A stretch of DNA of 64,000 nt, taken from Cyanophora paradoxa CCMP329. Its lineage: Eukaryota; Plantae; Glaucophyta. This document shows positions 42,926 through 64,000 of this stretch, piece after piece. The DNA lies in the NCBI GenBank assembly GCA_004431415.1, contig QPMI01000584.1, forward strand, positions 47,106 to 111,105, read 5' to 3'. The notes under the pieces are model-generated. The model worked only from the letters and a program-made list of their open reading frames with translations. It made no database searches and was not told the origin of the DNA. A program made the position numbers and the translations under genes. How positions within the stretch are numbered: the stretch's first letter is position 1; the number at the start of each line of letters is the position of its first letter.

Positions 42926-45900
42926 CTAGGAGGCGATCGCGAGCTCGGCGGCGGCGTGGCGGGCGAGGCGGGCGTCGGCGTGCGCCTCGCCCAGCGAGCA
43001 CTCGAGGGCCGCCGCCGCCCGCCCCGCCAGCTCCCCCGCCTCCCCGCCCCGCCCCAGCCCCGCCTGCGCCCGGGTCGGATCGCGCTCACGAGGCGGGGCG
43101 CGGGGGCGCGGGGGCTGGGGCGGGCCTTGGCGAGGGCGTGGTTGTAGCAGGCGGCGCCGTACATCGGGTGGCCCTCCCCGTACACCTCCCGCAGCTGCCC
43201 AACGAGGAATTTACATACGCCCGCGGAGAAGAAGTCGATCGGCTCTTGAAGCGGGGGGGGGGGGGGGGGGGGGAGGGCCGGCGGAGGGCGCCTAGTCTAG
43301 AGCGGCGCTGGGGGCGGGCGGGGGCGGGGGGCGGGGGCGGACGATGGCGCGGGAGCAGCGGAGGAGGGCGTCGGCGCGGGCGAGCCGCCCCTCGTCCAGC
43401 TCCAGCAGGCCTGCGCATGCGCCCGCCCCCAACAAAGCTCGTCACCCCGCGCGGGCCGGCTCTGCACGCTTAAGCTTGGAGCGGACCGAGGTTGGAGAGG
43501 GCGATGGCGGTGAAGGGGTGGTGCACGCCCACCGAGGCCCGAAGCGTCGCCAGCTGCCCGTCCTCGCGCGTTTGAGGCGCCGCCGCAGGCGAGGGCGGAG
43601 GCGGAGGCGGAGGGACGGCGCGCCTGCTCGCGGAAGGCGGCCCGCGCGTGCGCCAGGAGGCCTGCACGGTGGTACACCTGCGCCCCGCCCGCGGTTGTCA
43701 GCCTTGCGAGGGGCGTGAAGCTTTTGCTGGAATGGAGAGGAGCTTTGACTCGGGCCCTTTATCGCTAGAGCGAGGGCCGGGGAGCGCGCGCACGAGGGCG
43801 AGGGCGGAGGTCGTGGCCTCCACGGCGAGGTGCGAGGGCCCGAGGAGCTCCTGGAGCGCGTCCAGCGCCGCCCGCAGGCAGAGCCGCGCCTGCCGCCACC
43901 GCGGCGCGCGCGAGCCGGTCAGAGCCGGCCGCGCACGTGCCCCCGGGGCCGCCGGGCCGCCCTCGCCCGGCCGCCCGCCGGCGCACGACGGCGTCGGGGC
44001 CCGCCGGCGCACGACGGCGTCGGGGTCCGCGACGCTCGTGAGGTACACGCTATCCGTCGTTATGCGGACCCCGCTCTAGCGCCCCGCACCCCGCTCTAGC
44101 GCCCCGCCTAGCCTCACGGAAGAAAGCGAGAAGCTCAAGGCGCCGTCGAGGCACCTGGGAGAGGCCGTCGGGGTCCTCCGCGAGGGCGCCGGCGAGGCCG
44201 ACGAGGGCGGCGGCGCCGCTTAGGCGCTCCTCGGGGGCCAGCCCGATCGCCGTCACCTGCAGCGCCAGCGCCTGCGCGCGGCGCGGCGCGGCGCTCGGAG
44301 CCGGGCGGCCGCGCTTTGACCAGTTCGGGGCCGGGCGGCTGACCTGGCGGTAGACGTCGGCGGCGCGCTTGGGGTCTCCTTGCGCGCGGCAGACGGCCCC
44401 GAGATCGAGCAGCGTCGCCACCGCGCTCGCCTGCGCCGCCGCCCCCGCCCCAGCCTCTCGGCGCGCGATCGCCGCGTCGGGCGATGCGGGCCGGCTACCC
44501 GCTGGGGCCCGCGAGGCCGCCCGGGACGCTCCGCAGGTCGGAGGCGGACTCGGAGACCTTCGCGCTGCGCGCCACGGGGAAGCACTGCAAGCGCGCGCGC
44601 GCGTCAGCGGGGCCCGGGCCCCTCCGACGCGGGCGCCCGCGGGCGACCTTGAGGGCGCTCTCTGCGAGGCCGTACTCGCCGAGGTCCTGGTAGAGGCGCG
44701 AGAGGCGCTGCGCCAGCGCCGGCACCTGCCCCCCGCGCACACCCCCGCCCTCCTCCGCTGTGCATGCGCCCGCCCGCTCGAACGAGGGCCGCGGGCCCGG
44801 CGCCTGCGCCGCGCACCGGCGGTGAGGCGCTCGATGTAGGCGGCGGGGCCCTTGCCGGGCGGCATCGCGGCGTCGAGGGCGCGCCAGTAGCGCAGCAGGT
44901 CGAAGCGGCCCGTGCTGGACTCGAAGAGGGCGACGAAGGTCGGGAGCTCCAGCAGCGTGCTCTGCGGCGGGCGACCCTCGGCCGGACCCGCGGGTGGAAC
45001 GGGCGGGGCCGGGCGGGGCGCGCGTCACCTGGAGGGCGCTCCAGTCCTCGAGGCGGAAGAGCTGGTGGGGCAGCTCGGTGGCGTAGCGCAGCGGGGCCGC
45101 CGGGAGGCGCCCCGGCCCCGCCTCCTCCCCCTCGCCCCCGCCCGCCTTGCCCTCCTCCGCCTCCACGAAGTGCTCCACGATGCTGCGCCGCGGCTGGCCG
45201 CATCGGACGACCGCCGCACGAAGCGCGCGCAGCCGACGGGCGTGCACCGCTTCCGCGTGGTGGCGACGTGCCTCGGGTCGCCCATGTACCGCTCCGTCAC
45301 CGCCTGCACGCGCACGCGCGTCAGAGCTCGCGGTCGGAGAAGACGGCGAGGAGGCGGGCGGGGCGCCTGGCGGAGGAAGTCGTGGTAGAAGGTGTAGAGG
45401 CCTGCCGCGGCCCCGATACCGATGAGGGGCGAGGCCGGCACGCGGCGATGCGCGCGGAGGCGGGGCACCGGCGCGGCAGACGAGGTGGGCGGCGAGGGTG
45501 AGGAAGAGGGGCGAGAAGTCCGCGCGCGCCGCGATGCCCGCCACCGCCATCAGCTCCGCCTGCGCCCCCGCGTCGGACAAGGGCAAGGCTTGGGCGGGCG
45601 GGCCGACGCAGGCGGGGCCGGGCCTCGGAGAGGCCGGCGCGGGAGACCCAGATGGCGGACATGATCCTGGAGACCGGCTCAAACCTGCGGCGCCGGCCCT
45701 CCGGTCGGACGGGGCGGGGAGGGGTCCGGCGCCGGCGCTGCCCGGCCCGGCCCGGCGCACCCGAAGTCGCGCTCGATGCGGGCGAGGAGGAGGCCGAAGA
45801 GGCCCGGGATGTCCTGAGAAGGCTTCAGTGCCGGGGCAGGTCCGGGCGGGCTGGGGCGGACCTCGGCGGTGAGCAGGTGCCGCAGCTCGTCCTCGAAGCG

Positions 45901-48900
45901 GTCGAAGCTCCCCAGCAGCCGCACCTGCGCGCGCGTACGCCGGGCGCGCGTCGCTCCCAGAGCCCTCGCCCGAGCGCGGCGGGCCTCTGCCGGGCTTGAC
46001 CTCGTTCAGGAGGACGATGAGGAAAAGGTGCGTCGAGCACTGCGGCGCCTGCGCCGCTGTGAGCAGCGGGGGCGGGGGCGGGTCGGAGTCTGGGCGGGGC
46101 GGAGGGGCGGGCGGGCCTGGGCGACGGCGTCGAGGTGGGCGGGGGAGAGGGCCTTCCCGAAGCGCTGCATGTACGCCGCCACCACCTGCCGCCCCGGCTC
46201 GAGGGATGGCGGGGGCGAGAAGGCGGGCGGGCGGGCGGGCCTGGCGCTTCTCGTCGACGCCGAGGGGCTTGACCGCGAGGCGCGCTGCCGGGCGCTCGGC
46301 GAGGACCTGCGCGTGCTCGCGATCGCTGCGCGATCGCCGCGGGTCGGAGGGGCGGCCGACCTCGGCGACTTTGCTGTCGTCCGCGACCGAGAGCACGACG
46401 CGGACTTGGGGCGGGAACTCCGTCTGCCCGGGGCGGCCGTCAGCGCCCGCGCCGGCGGCGGCTCGGGGCGGGGCGGAGCCCGGGGCACCTGGAGCCACGC
46501 GAGGGAGGGGGCGTTGTCGTTGTCGAGCAGCTGCGCGCCGCTCAGGCGGGCGGGGGCGAGGAGAAGAGGCTTCAAGCTCCCTCACTTGGTTGAGGGCGTC
46601 GAGGACGAGGAGGACGCGGCCGCGGGCGGCAGCGATGCGGAGCCAGGACGGGAACTCGGAGACCACCTGCGCGCGCGCGTGCGCCGCGTTCAGCCGGGCC
46701 CACCCGCCCCGCCCGGAGGCCCAGCGGTAGCGCCGCGCGCGCCGTCTGCGGGTCGTTGGGGATCTCGTCGCCGATCTCGAAGGTCTTCCGGATCTCCCCC
46801 ATGACGCGCCGCTGCGCGCGTCGCTAAGAGAGGGACATGGGACGGGGATGCGGCCCGGCGCGCCAGCATGGCGATGTGGTCCGACGAGTCGCTCGTCGCC
46901 CCTGCGTGCGCGGCGTGCGCGGTCGGACAGAAGTCCGGCCGGCGAGTCCCGAGGCGGGCGGGCGCGGGCTCGACCCCACACCGATGAAGTGGAAGAAGAT
47001 CATGGCGAAGGCCTCGTCTGGGGGCCGCCTGGCGTTGTCGCGGCCCACGCGGGCCACCCAGTTCGCGAGGAGGGCGGACTTGCCGCCCCCGCTGCCGCCC
47101 CGCCCCCGTCAGCGGAGCCGGCGAGGAGCGGGGAGTCCGAGCGGAGGGGCGGGCGCGAGCGCAGGCGCGCCTGGCGCCTGAGACGACGAGGGGGAGGGCG
47201 CCGGGGTCCCGCGCGTGGCCGTCCAGCGCCGCGAAGAGCGCCTCCCCCCCGATGTACACCTGCCGCGCCCGCTCTGAGGAGGGCCGGGAGCGACGAGCGC
47301 GGACGGAGAAACAGAGAACGCGAGGGGCGCGCCTCGGAGCGGGACTCGAGGAAGGCGATGTGCTCCAGGCGGGAGCGCTACAGGGACCTCAGGCAACGCC
47401 GCCCCGCGACCACGGGGGCTACGTGGGGCGGGGGGGCGGGCACCTCGAGCCAGTCGTCGGCGCTGAGGGGCGGGAACTCGCGCCGCACCATCTCCGAGAG
47501 GTCCGCCAGCACCATCGCCGCCAGGTCCTTCCCCCACTTGAGCCCGGGCCCCTCGCCCCGGACTCTCGGAGGGGCCGGCGGCGCACCGGGGGCGCGGCGT
47601 AGGACTGGATGGGGAGGCCGGCGTCGCGAAGGTCCCGCTTGAGGGCCGCCAGCCGCGCCGCGCTCGAGCTGTTCTCCGGCTCGAACTCCTGCCGCCTGCG
47701 CCCGCCCCGGGCCGGGCCGGCGCCGTTTATTTCGAGGGCGGGGGGAGGGGGCGGGCCGGGCGCGAGGGTGCGGACTTCTCGGGCGGGAGCGAGTCGGCGT
47801 AGGCGGGGTCCCGCACGTACGTGAAGGCCGTCCCGGCGCGCTGCCCGGCCTGGCCGTCAGCCCGCGCTCCGTTGGCACTGCCCGAGCAGCCGCGGCGGAC
47901 GCACGGGCGGCTGGATGAGAAGCCCGTGCCGAATCTCTGATCACGAAGCGGCGTCAGGGTCCGGGGGCAGGCATTTCGACTCTGCCACGAGGGTGACGGG
48001 GCGCGCGCCGATCTCGGTGACGGAGCGGTCGCGGTACTTGTCGAGCCACGCGCCGCCTTCCCCCAGCGCCGCGATCGCGTTGTCGAACGTCTGCCGTCGA
48101 TTCAGATTCCGAGTGCGGTTGCGAGAACATTCGATGCTCTGATTGCCGATCATCTGACCTGCTGCAGAAGGGTGTCCGTGTGGTCCTGCTGGTGGCTCCA
48201 CCCGTACCGGTTGCCCAGCATCGCGATGAAGTACTGCGGCGGGGTTAACGTTGGAACGGGCCGCGCGCGGAGGCGTGCTCGACGAGACGGCACCGGCCGG
48301 CAGCGGTCGATCTCGGCGAGGCAGAGCTCGAGTACGTGGCCGCCACCGGACTGCTCCGAGGTCACCCCCTGCGCGTGCGCGGCACGGGCACAGGCACATC
48401 AGCAGGACGGTCGACGCGGGCGGGGCCGGGGAGCGGCGCGCTCGCGCCCGGGGCGCGCCGTGCGGAGGTCGACGAAGGTGAGGACTGTGCCGCGCGCGTC
48501 GCAGAGCTTGGCGAGCTGCGGGAGCACCTGCCACCCCGCCCCGCGCTCGCCTTGCTACGCAGGAGAAGCGCTACGACAGGAGGCGCGCCGCGCACCCGCT
48601 TGACGAGGAGCTCGCGCTCCTCAAAGAAGTCCCGGAAGGTCGAGCTGCCGCGCCCGTCAGATCCAGGCGCCCCGCAGCTTCATTCCCTTAGGGGCTCGCC
48701 TCAGGAAGATGCGGCACTCGCGCTTGTGTAGGTCGGCGAGCTGCGCGGGCGCCGCGGGGCGCCGCTCCACTGCGAGGGCGTCCTCGGCGGGGCCCACCAG
48801 CAGGGGCGCCCCCGCCTGCCCGAGCCTGCAGCGCTCGAGCTCGGCGCGCAGGAAAGGCCGCAGAGGGCGCGATGGGGGCGGGGCGGACTCGCTGGGGGCC

Positions 48901-51900
48901 TCGTTGGGCTCGGAGAGCAGCTCCGCGACGATGCCCTCCACCGACTCCGACGCGAAGCCGGCGCCCCCCGCCCCCGCCGGCCGCACCACCTGCCCGGCCC
49001 CGCACGCGCCCCGTCGGAACCGGGAGGACGGGAGGAGGGACTCTGATAAGGAGGAAGGCCGCACTTGAACCGAGGAGCCACTGATCGTCGGGCCGTAGTG
49101 ACCCTGCGCGAGTGAAACGCGCCAGTCAAAGCCGAGGAAAAATGGCGCGAGAAGACACTCGCCTTCCAGAAGGGCTTGTCCTTGCCGCCGTCCTCGAAGT
49201 AGACCTTGCGCACGCCCTGTCCTGATCATGAAGCGTGCAGGTCAGCGCCTCGAATCGGACGATGCGGGGACTTGAAGTAAGGGCGAACCGTAGCCGCGGA
49301 ACGTCGTGCCGCACCTCGTCCACGTCGACACCTCCACGCCGCCCTGCGCTCCCCGCCGCCTCGCGTGAGGAGCGCCGGCGGCGGGCGGCGGGATTCGGAG
49401 GGGCGCGCCGGAGGCTCGAACTCGTACTCGGCGACCTCGCGCCCGTCCGCCGCCAGGAGCCGCGCCCGGAAGCGGAAGTAGCCGGAGCCGCTGCGCGGCA
49501 GGTCGCGATCGGCCCAGCGGCGGAGGAGCGCGGATCCTAGCGCCCCGGGCGGGGCCTCGCCGGCGGCGGCGCACTTGTACCAGTCCTCGACGGTGATCTC
49601 GGGGGCGGTGTCGAGGAAGGCGGCGGGGAGGCCGGCGGCCACCAGGTCCACCGTCTGCGCCGCGCCCCCACGCCGCCGCCCGCCCGCCCGTCAGATCCCG
49701 ATCGCTCCTTCTTCTCATCCGAGCTCGGGCCCTCGGACCTGGGCGCGGACGTCCCATCCGAAGGAGGTCTTGAGGTGGCAGGCGGCCTTGTGCCCGCCCG
49801 CCCCCGTCGCGAACCCGTCGCCCCCGCTCTGCGCGCCCCGCCCGTGCTCGCCCCGCTGCGCGGACGCCGCTCCTGCCGCCGCCGGGGCCCCTCACCTGGA
49901 GGACCTCCCAGCCCTCCGTGTCCCGCTCCCCGCTCGGGTTCGTGAGGAGGTTCGCGCTCAGCGTGGCGTCCAGAATCCCTGCGCGCGCTTGAGGGCGCGC
50001 GGGGGCGGCGGAAATTCGCGTGGGCGGGCCCCGCGCGCACTCCGGCGGTCCATGGTGAGGGTCCGCGCGACGGGGACGCTGGCCCTCGCCAGCTCCTCGG
50101 CCCGCCTCGTCCCGGCGCGCAGGCCCCGGGCGCGCGAGGCCGCCGGCCGCAACGCCACGACGTACGCGTTCATGAAGCACCTGCCGCCGCGGGGCCCCTC
50201 GGGACGCACCCGCGCGGCGGGGCGGGGCGGGGCGGACCGGCTAGCCTCGGCGCCCGGGGCGGGGATCATGGAGCCGCCCTGGCCCTCCATGCGGATCTCC
50301 CAGCGCCCGTCCCCGCCCACGTCCAGGGGCGCAACGACGTCGTGCGCCGCCATGAAGCCCGCCTGCGCCCCGGCACCCCGGTGAGGGGCGCCCCGGCGCG
50401 CTCTGGCGACCGCGGGCCTTCGCCACGATGTCGAGCCTGTCCACGATCACTCTGCCCTGCGCGACGAGCGGCTCGGAAGGAGGCACGAGCAGGGGGGGAG
50501 GGACAGGGAGGGGTGGGAGGGGGGGGGGGGGGGGAGGGGAGGGGGAGGCGAGGGGGGTGTGTGAGGAAAGGCACCTGCACGAGAAGCCGCATGTACTCTG
50601 CGCCCACCATCGGATGCACGAGCTAAGGACGCCTCGTGAGTGCGGTGTCTGACGGAGATCAAAGTTTCGAGCCGAGTTATATAATTACTTGGGCGAATTT
50701 CATGGTGACAAAGTAGTGCCCCGGAGCCGCCTCCCCTCGGAAGCTGGTCCCGCTCAGCGTGTGCCAGTGCGTAGAAAGGGCCGTCCTGGCACGGGGAGGG
50801 TCAGTCCGGGGTACATGGAAAGATCGAGATCTAGAGTGCATGCAGAGCAAAAAATCCGTACCCGTACAGAAGCCCGTCGTCGGTGTTGCGGATGGCCTGC
50901 GGGGGTACGGGTGAATTTAGAAGGGGAGATCTAGATCTAGATGGGGGTACGCCGACCTGGTGGGGCACGGCGCCGGAGGTCCGGATCGCACCGAAGTCCG
51001 TGTGATCGTAGTTCGTCTTGTCCATGCCCTGCTCGTACCGCACGCCGCCCGTGTCCACTGGGGTACGGCGTCGACGTCGGCGCTATCTTTAGAGAGGGGT
51101 ACGCGTGCACGGCGCACCGTAGGCGGGCCCGCCGAGGTTGACCGCGCGGACGACGTCCGTGCGGTACACCATGAGCTCCAGCTGCGGACGCGGGTTCGGA
51201 TCCGGCCGGGGCGGCATCGGGAGGCGCCGCGCCGGCGCACCGCGGTGTAGGCCCAGGTGCCCCCGCCGTCGACGGAGAGGCGGAGGGCCCAGACGCCGGC
51301 CTCGGGCAGCGGGGGCACGAGGAAGGACGCCGAGACCTCGGGGCGGCCCTCCGGTCCGGAGAGAACCAGCAGCGCCGCGGGGGCCTGGACCTGCGGGGGG
51401 CACACGTCGGAAGGAAGCTCGGCGAAGCGGGGCGGGCGGGCGCGGGACCTCCGCGTCGCCGCGGGTGAGGCGGACGGCGGCGCCGCCGGGGGCGGCCGCG
51501 GCGTCCCCGGTGCCCACGAGCGCCTCGAGCCCCCGGAGGCACAGCGCGGCGCCCCACTCGCCGTCGTCGATCGAGGGCGGCACGAGCCGCATGTCGGCCT
51601 CGCCGGCGCCGCCTTCAGCCGCCGGCGCGGCAGCAGCGACGGAAACCTCGACGCCGGGGGCCGCGTGCGGGCCGAGCGCCGCCAACCACGCCGCCCGCTC
51701 CTCCGCCGAGTCGAACCCGAGGAGCGCGCCGCCGCCGCTCGGGATCGCCCGCACCCACGCGACGTAGCGGCCGCCGAGGCGCGCAGCGGGCGCCACGACC
51801 CGCAGCGACGCGCAGGACGGGGGCCGCATGGTCACGCGCGCCTCCGGGCGCCCGCCCGGCGCGCCGGCTTCGATGATCTGCAGCGAAGTGTCCTCCAGCG

Positions 51901-52486
51901 CCACGCGCGCGGGGCGCCATGGCGAGGACGACATGAAGAGGCCGCCGCTGGCGTCGCCGCTGCTCGCGCCCAGCTGCATCCAGGCGTCACGCGCATCCAT
52001 GGGGGCGTCGGTGAGCTGGGGCTCGGGTTGTGGGGCGACGCTGACGGAGCTCGATCGGCCCCCGACGCCTGTGCTGGCGCTCGGCCGAGCGGGGGGCTGC
52101 GGAACGACGTCGCGCTCGACGGCGCTCGCCTTGTCGCCAGGTGCTGGCGCTGCGTGCGCAGGCCCAGGAGCGCTAACGGGGGGCTCCGGAACGTCTCCTG
52201 GCTTCGCGGACGGCTGCGGTTTTGCTTCGGCAAGCGCTGCTGCCGGCGCCTCTTCTGCTTTGGGGTTCGAGGAAGCCGTCTGGCTCAAGCTCGGGGCAGC
52301 TGCTTGCGATTGCGCAGGAGCGGCTGATGCTTCCGCTTGTGTCTTTGCGTCGGTAGCTTGCTGTGAAGAACTTGCCCGCGCTTCGAATTCCTCTCGCGGA
52401 GCGACGACGCGGGCTGCATCAACGTGAGGAGCTTCCGAAGACTGATCGTGGGCTACCTGCGACTGCGAGCCGTGGCAGCCGCCCAT
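42926..52486 (-). CDS. Large multi-exon STAND-type protein: acylation signal, PH, FBA lectin-like domain, DUF4062, NACHT-like NTPase, TPRs (NPHP3/TEP1-like core)
   Basis: MGGCHGS; FDSAEERAAWLAAL (PH); NLLTNPSGE..GW, VDLVAAG..LD..PEITVEDWY, GGKDKPFWKGHYGP (FBA); RIFLSSTFRDF.EERELL, CLAEIDRCRP (DUF4062); GGGKSALLANW, VLLVLDALNQ (Walker A/B); YGEGHP-type TPRs. Confidence 0.8.
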
Positions 52487-52895
52487 GCCTCTCGGTTGCC
52501 GTATACGTACGCGTACGCGCTTACTTCGGCGTCACCGGTCTCGACCGACCGCGGCAGCTGGTCATGGCTGGCTGTCACAATACCAGTGACGTAGTGCTAT
52601 CGTTGTCACTGCCAGCTGCAGCCGCTTGCTCGAGCTCAGCGCAGGACCGGCGAATCGGAGGGGGGGGGGAAAGAGTTTGTGGGGGTAGATGCATTGGAAT
52701 CGAATTCGAATGATCAGGCAAGCTTTAAGGGGCCGCGCCGGCGCCGGCGCGCGCCTGTCCAAGTTTAAGAGCTCTCCCGCGCGCTGTCTACGTCTGCCTG
52801 CGGCTTCCTAGGCCTAGCTAGCGTAGCTCCGAGCTCGAGTGCCCTCGCCGCAGCAGCAGTCTCGCCTCGAGTGCATGAATTTGACTTCGCACTAT

Positions 52896-55443
52896 CTAAG
52901 CGCCGGCGGGGGCGAGGGTCTGCTTCGGATCGGGCGCGCCCTCGCAGGGCGAAGAGGGCAGCTCGGAGCCCGGGAGGCGGGTGGCGGCGCCCTCGAGCTC
53001 GGGACCAGCCGCCGCCGCCCAGCGCTTGCCCCAGCGGCCCTCCAGCTGCCCTTCCTCCCTGCGCCCCCGCTCAAGCAGGGGTATCGTCCCGCGCGGAGAG
53101 GGCGGCCGGGGGACGCGCGCACCAGTCCTGCCGCATAAGAGAGAGGAGGAGCCGCAGCGTCGCCTCGCCTGCCGGGGCGGTCGATCGCCGCGGACGCGAT
53201 GAGGGGGGAGGAGGCCGAGGGGGGTACGGCACCGTCGTGGTCCTCGGGGACGAACTTGAGGAGGCGGGTGCGGAGCTCCGGCCTGCGCGCGCGGGGGGGG
53301 CGGGCGTTCGGATCGGGCGCAGCGGCGAGCGATCTCTCGGCGCGCCTGTGGTCGAGGAGGTAGCGCCCCAGCTCCTTGAGCTTCGAGACGTGGCCCCGGG
53401 GGTACCGCACCTGCCCGCGCCTCAGGGGTACACGGCCGCGGGGGCCGCGGGGCGCCGGGGCGCGCCTCGCGGAGGACGCTCTCGAAGTAGCTGACGACGA
53501 ACCGCTCCGTCTCCGCCCAGTTGCGGGGAGACCTGCCGCCCGGCGAGGCTCGGCGCGGGGCGGGGCGGGGCGGGGCGGGGCGGGGCGGGGCGGGGGGACC
53601 GGGGTGGCCGGCGAGGCGGGCGCGGATCTCGCGGAAGAGCCAGGGGTCGCAGGCCGCCCCGCGCCCCGCCATCACCCCGTCGCACCCCGTCCCCTCCCGC
53701 ATCCGCAGCGCGTCCTGCGCCCCGCCCCGCCCCGCCCCGCCCCGTCTCAGGGCCTCGGCGCCCGACGTCAGCGGAGGCTGCGCCCGCGCGCCTCCACGCT
53801 GCTGACGTCGCCGTTCCCTGCGCGGCTCGTCGGGAGGGGCGCGGGGAGGGCTCGGGGCGACGCGCACCGACGACGGGTATGGAGAGGCGGGCCTTGGCCC
53901 GGGCTGCGGGGACGCGTCGGGCTCTCTTTCCTCGAGGCGCGGGACGGCCGCGCCGCGAGCGCACCGATGAGGCTCCAGTCGGCCTCGCCCCTGTACCCCT
54001 GGTCCCTCGTCCTCTGCGGGAGCGGGCCGGGCCGGCCGGCGTCAGCAGCGGCCGAGGCGGGCAGGAGGGGCGGTGAAAGGGCCGGACGGGGTGCAGGGTG
54101 ACGAAGGCGGCGCCGCTCGCTGCGCGGGCGGGGGCGCGGGGTTCGAACGAGCGAGCGGGCGGGCCCCGCGGAGGCGTGAGGCGGGCCCCGGGGCGGACCC
54201 TGGACGGCGTCGAGGATGTCATCGAAGAAGTACGTGTCTGCCGGCGGCGCGCGGCGCGCGGGCGTGCGGCGTCGGCGCTCGCCGCCGGAGCCGCGCGGCG
54301 GGTTGGGGGAGGAGGGCGCGCGGACCGTCGTAGCCTGCGGGGGAGGGGCCCGGGCGAGAGCGTCGGGCGGGGCGCGCGCGCGGCGGGCGGCGGGGTAGCC
54401 TGTGGGCGCACCGGAGCGCATCTTGACGGAGACGGGGACCCTCCCCCGCGCCGCGTCCACCATCGCCTGGGGCCGACGGCCGCTCGGGCCTGGGGCGCGG
54501 GGCGGGCGGGGCGGGCGGGGATCGGGCCGGGGACCTTTGCGACGGCGAAGACGTCGTCGGGGTCGCGGAGGAGGCTCGAGCCGGCCCCGCGGCCCGTCGC
54601 CCGGCTGCTGGGGCACCCGCAGTTCAGGCTGCGCGCGCGCGCGCCCCGCGCCCCCGCCCGTCAGCTCTCCTCAGCGTCGAGCCAGCGGGCGGCGGGCGGA
54701 ACTCTACGCGCGGCGCTCCGCGCTTGATCACGCCGTCGGTCATCTCCGCCATCAGCTCCTCTGCTCCGGCGCGCGCGCGCGGTCAGCGAGGCGGAGGCGC
54801 AGCGGGGGTGCCTCGCGCGCGCCGACGCTGCCCATGAGCTGGACGGCCTGCGCGGGCGAGATCAGAGGCGGCGTGCGGGCGGCGGGGGGAAGAAAGCGCG
54901 CCTCCGGGATCGGGTGCGTCTGGTGCGGCTCGTACAGCTGCACGGCCGCGCGCGGGGGCGCGTGAGCGCAGCACGGAGCGAGCGGGGCCGGGGCGTGCGC
55001 GGGGGCGGACCTTGACGAGGGCACGGACGACGGCGTTCTTTGGGACGCGGTGGAACTCGGTGCACGCCTCGTCGAAGCCGCCCAGCGCCGCCATTGCCCG
55101 TCGGAACGACACGTCCCCCAGGCCCTCCATCTGCAGGCGCTTAGCGCAGGCGGCAAGCGGGCTTCGATCCGCACGCGCGGGCTGAGCTCACGGGCGCGAG
55201 GAAGAGCGCGAAGGGGGAGCCCTCGGCGGCGGCGCGCTCGAACACAGTTGGCTGCTGCGTCGCCGGCCCGCTGCTCGAGCTGGTGGGTGGTGCAGAGCTT
55301 TCGCACCGTAGCGAGTCGTGTCTCGAGCTGCTTGGCGAGCGGCCAGCCGTGCGCGCGCGATCCACCCTAACTCTGCTGCTCAGTGGCTGCCCAGGCAGCG
55401 ATCCGCGCAGCTGGATCGCCGCAAAGGGCGCCACGTACGCCAT
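52896..55443 (-). CDS. tRNA-dihydrouridine synthase (Dus family), probably plastid-targeted (multi-exon; 3' end approximate)
   Basis: LAPMEG, AVQLMGS, LNCGCP, GAGSSLLRDP, PVSVKMRSG, GNGDV and TGCDGVMAGRGA; N-terminus MAYVAP. Confidence 0.92.
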
Positions 55444-55783
55444 CTTGCGCCGCTGAGCACTCCAGCACGCGCTAGCTGGTGTGAACCGGCGGGGCTGCTG
55501 CAAGATAGTTTGACCGCTGCTGCGCGGGACTGCGGTGCGCTGTGCACACAGTGTGGTCCGGTCAGCTGTAGCTACAGCTAGGGAGCGCCTGGTCGAATTT
55601 AACAGCCGGTCGGCAGCCAGAGCCTAAGCACTGTACCCCTAAAGCCGAATAAGAAATTCGAAGCAGGCGGCCCCGCCTGGCGCTGCCTCGCAACTCCCAA
55701 CGCACGCATTAACTCGGCGCCGCGAGCGTCGGGCGCGGGGCGAACGTGGCGCGCGAGGCGAACAGAGCGCGCGACAAGCTGCA

Positions 55784-64000
<8,217 letters not shown>

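Overview
Eukaryotic genomic window with two compartments. (1) Positions 1-~17,219 are AT-richer (about 40% GC by eye), intronless and gene-dense. They form the right-hand part of an endogenous Bamfordvirae DNA virus (Polinton-like or small NCLDV-relative): AEP primase with PriCT-2, A32-like packaging ATPase, double-jelly-roll major capsid protein with NCLDV-like motifs, two divergent penton-like genes, three fibre genes and a phage-type small gene. It ends in G-quadruplex-forming inverted repeats and a perfect 28-bp AT-rich hairpin that appears to sit inside an intron of a host gene. Several viral ORFs split in the ORF track rejoin if one C is restored in a short C-run. (2) Positions ~17,220-64,000 are GC-rich host DNA with many ~50-65 nt introns, often GC-AG. 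They carry a WD40/PKD multi-TM gene, a nest of hAT and Tc1/mariner-type MITEs, an Mn-CDF/MTP transporter, mTERF, a plastid-targeted LEA-like protein, a PH-FBA-DUF4062-NACHT-TPR protein, a tRNA-dihydrouridine synthase and DNA polymerase theta. The polymerase domain of the last carries a PAZ-like insertion. MA(S)FV/MAYV transit peptides and intron style suggest a glaucophyte-like alga (inference only). All family assignments are motif recognition by eye; no searches were run, and host exon boundaries are approximate.
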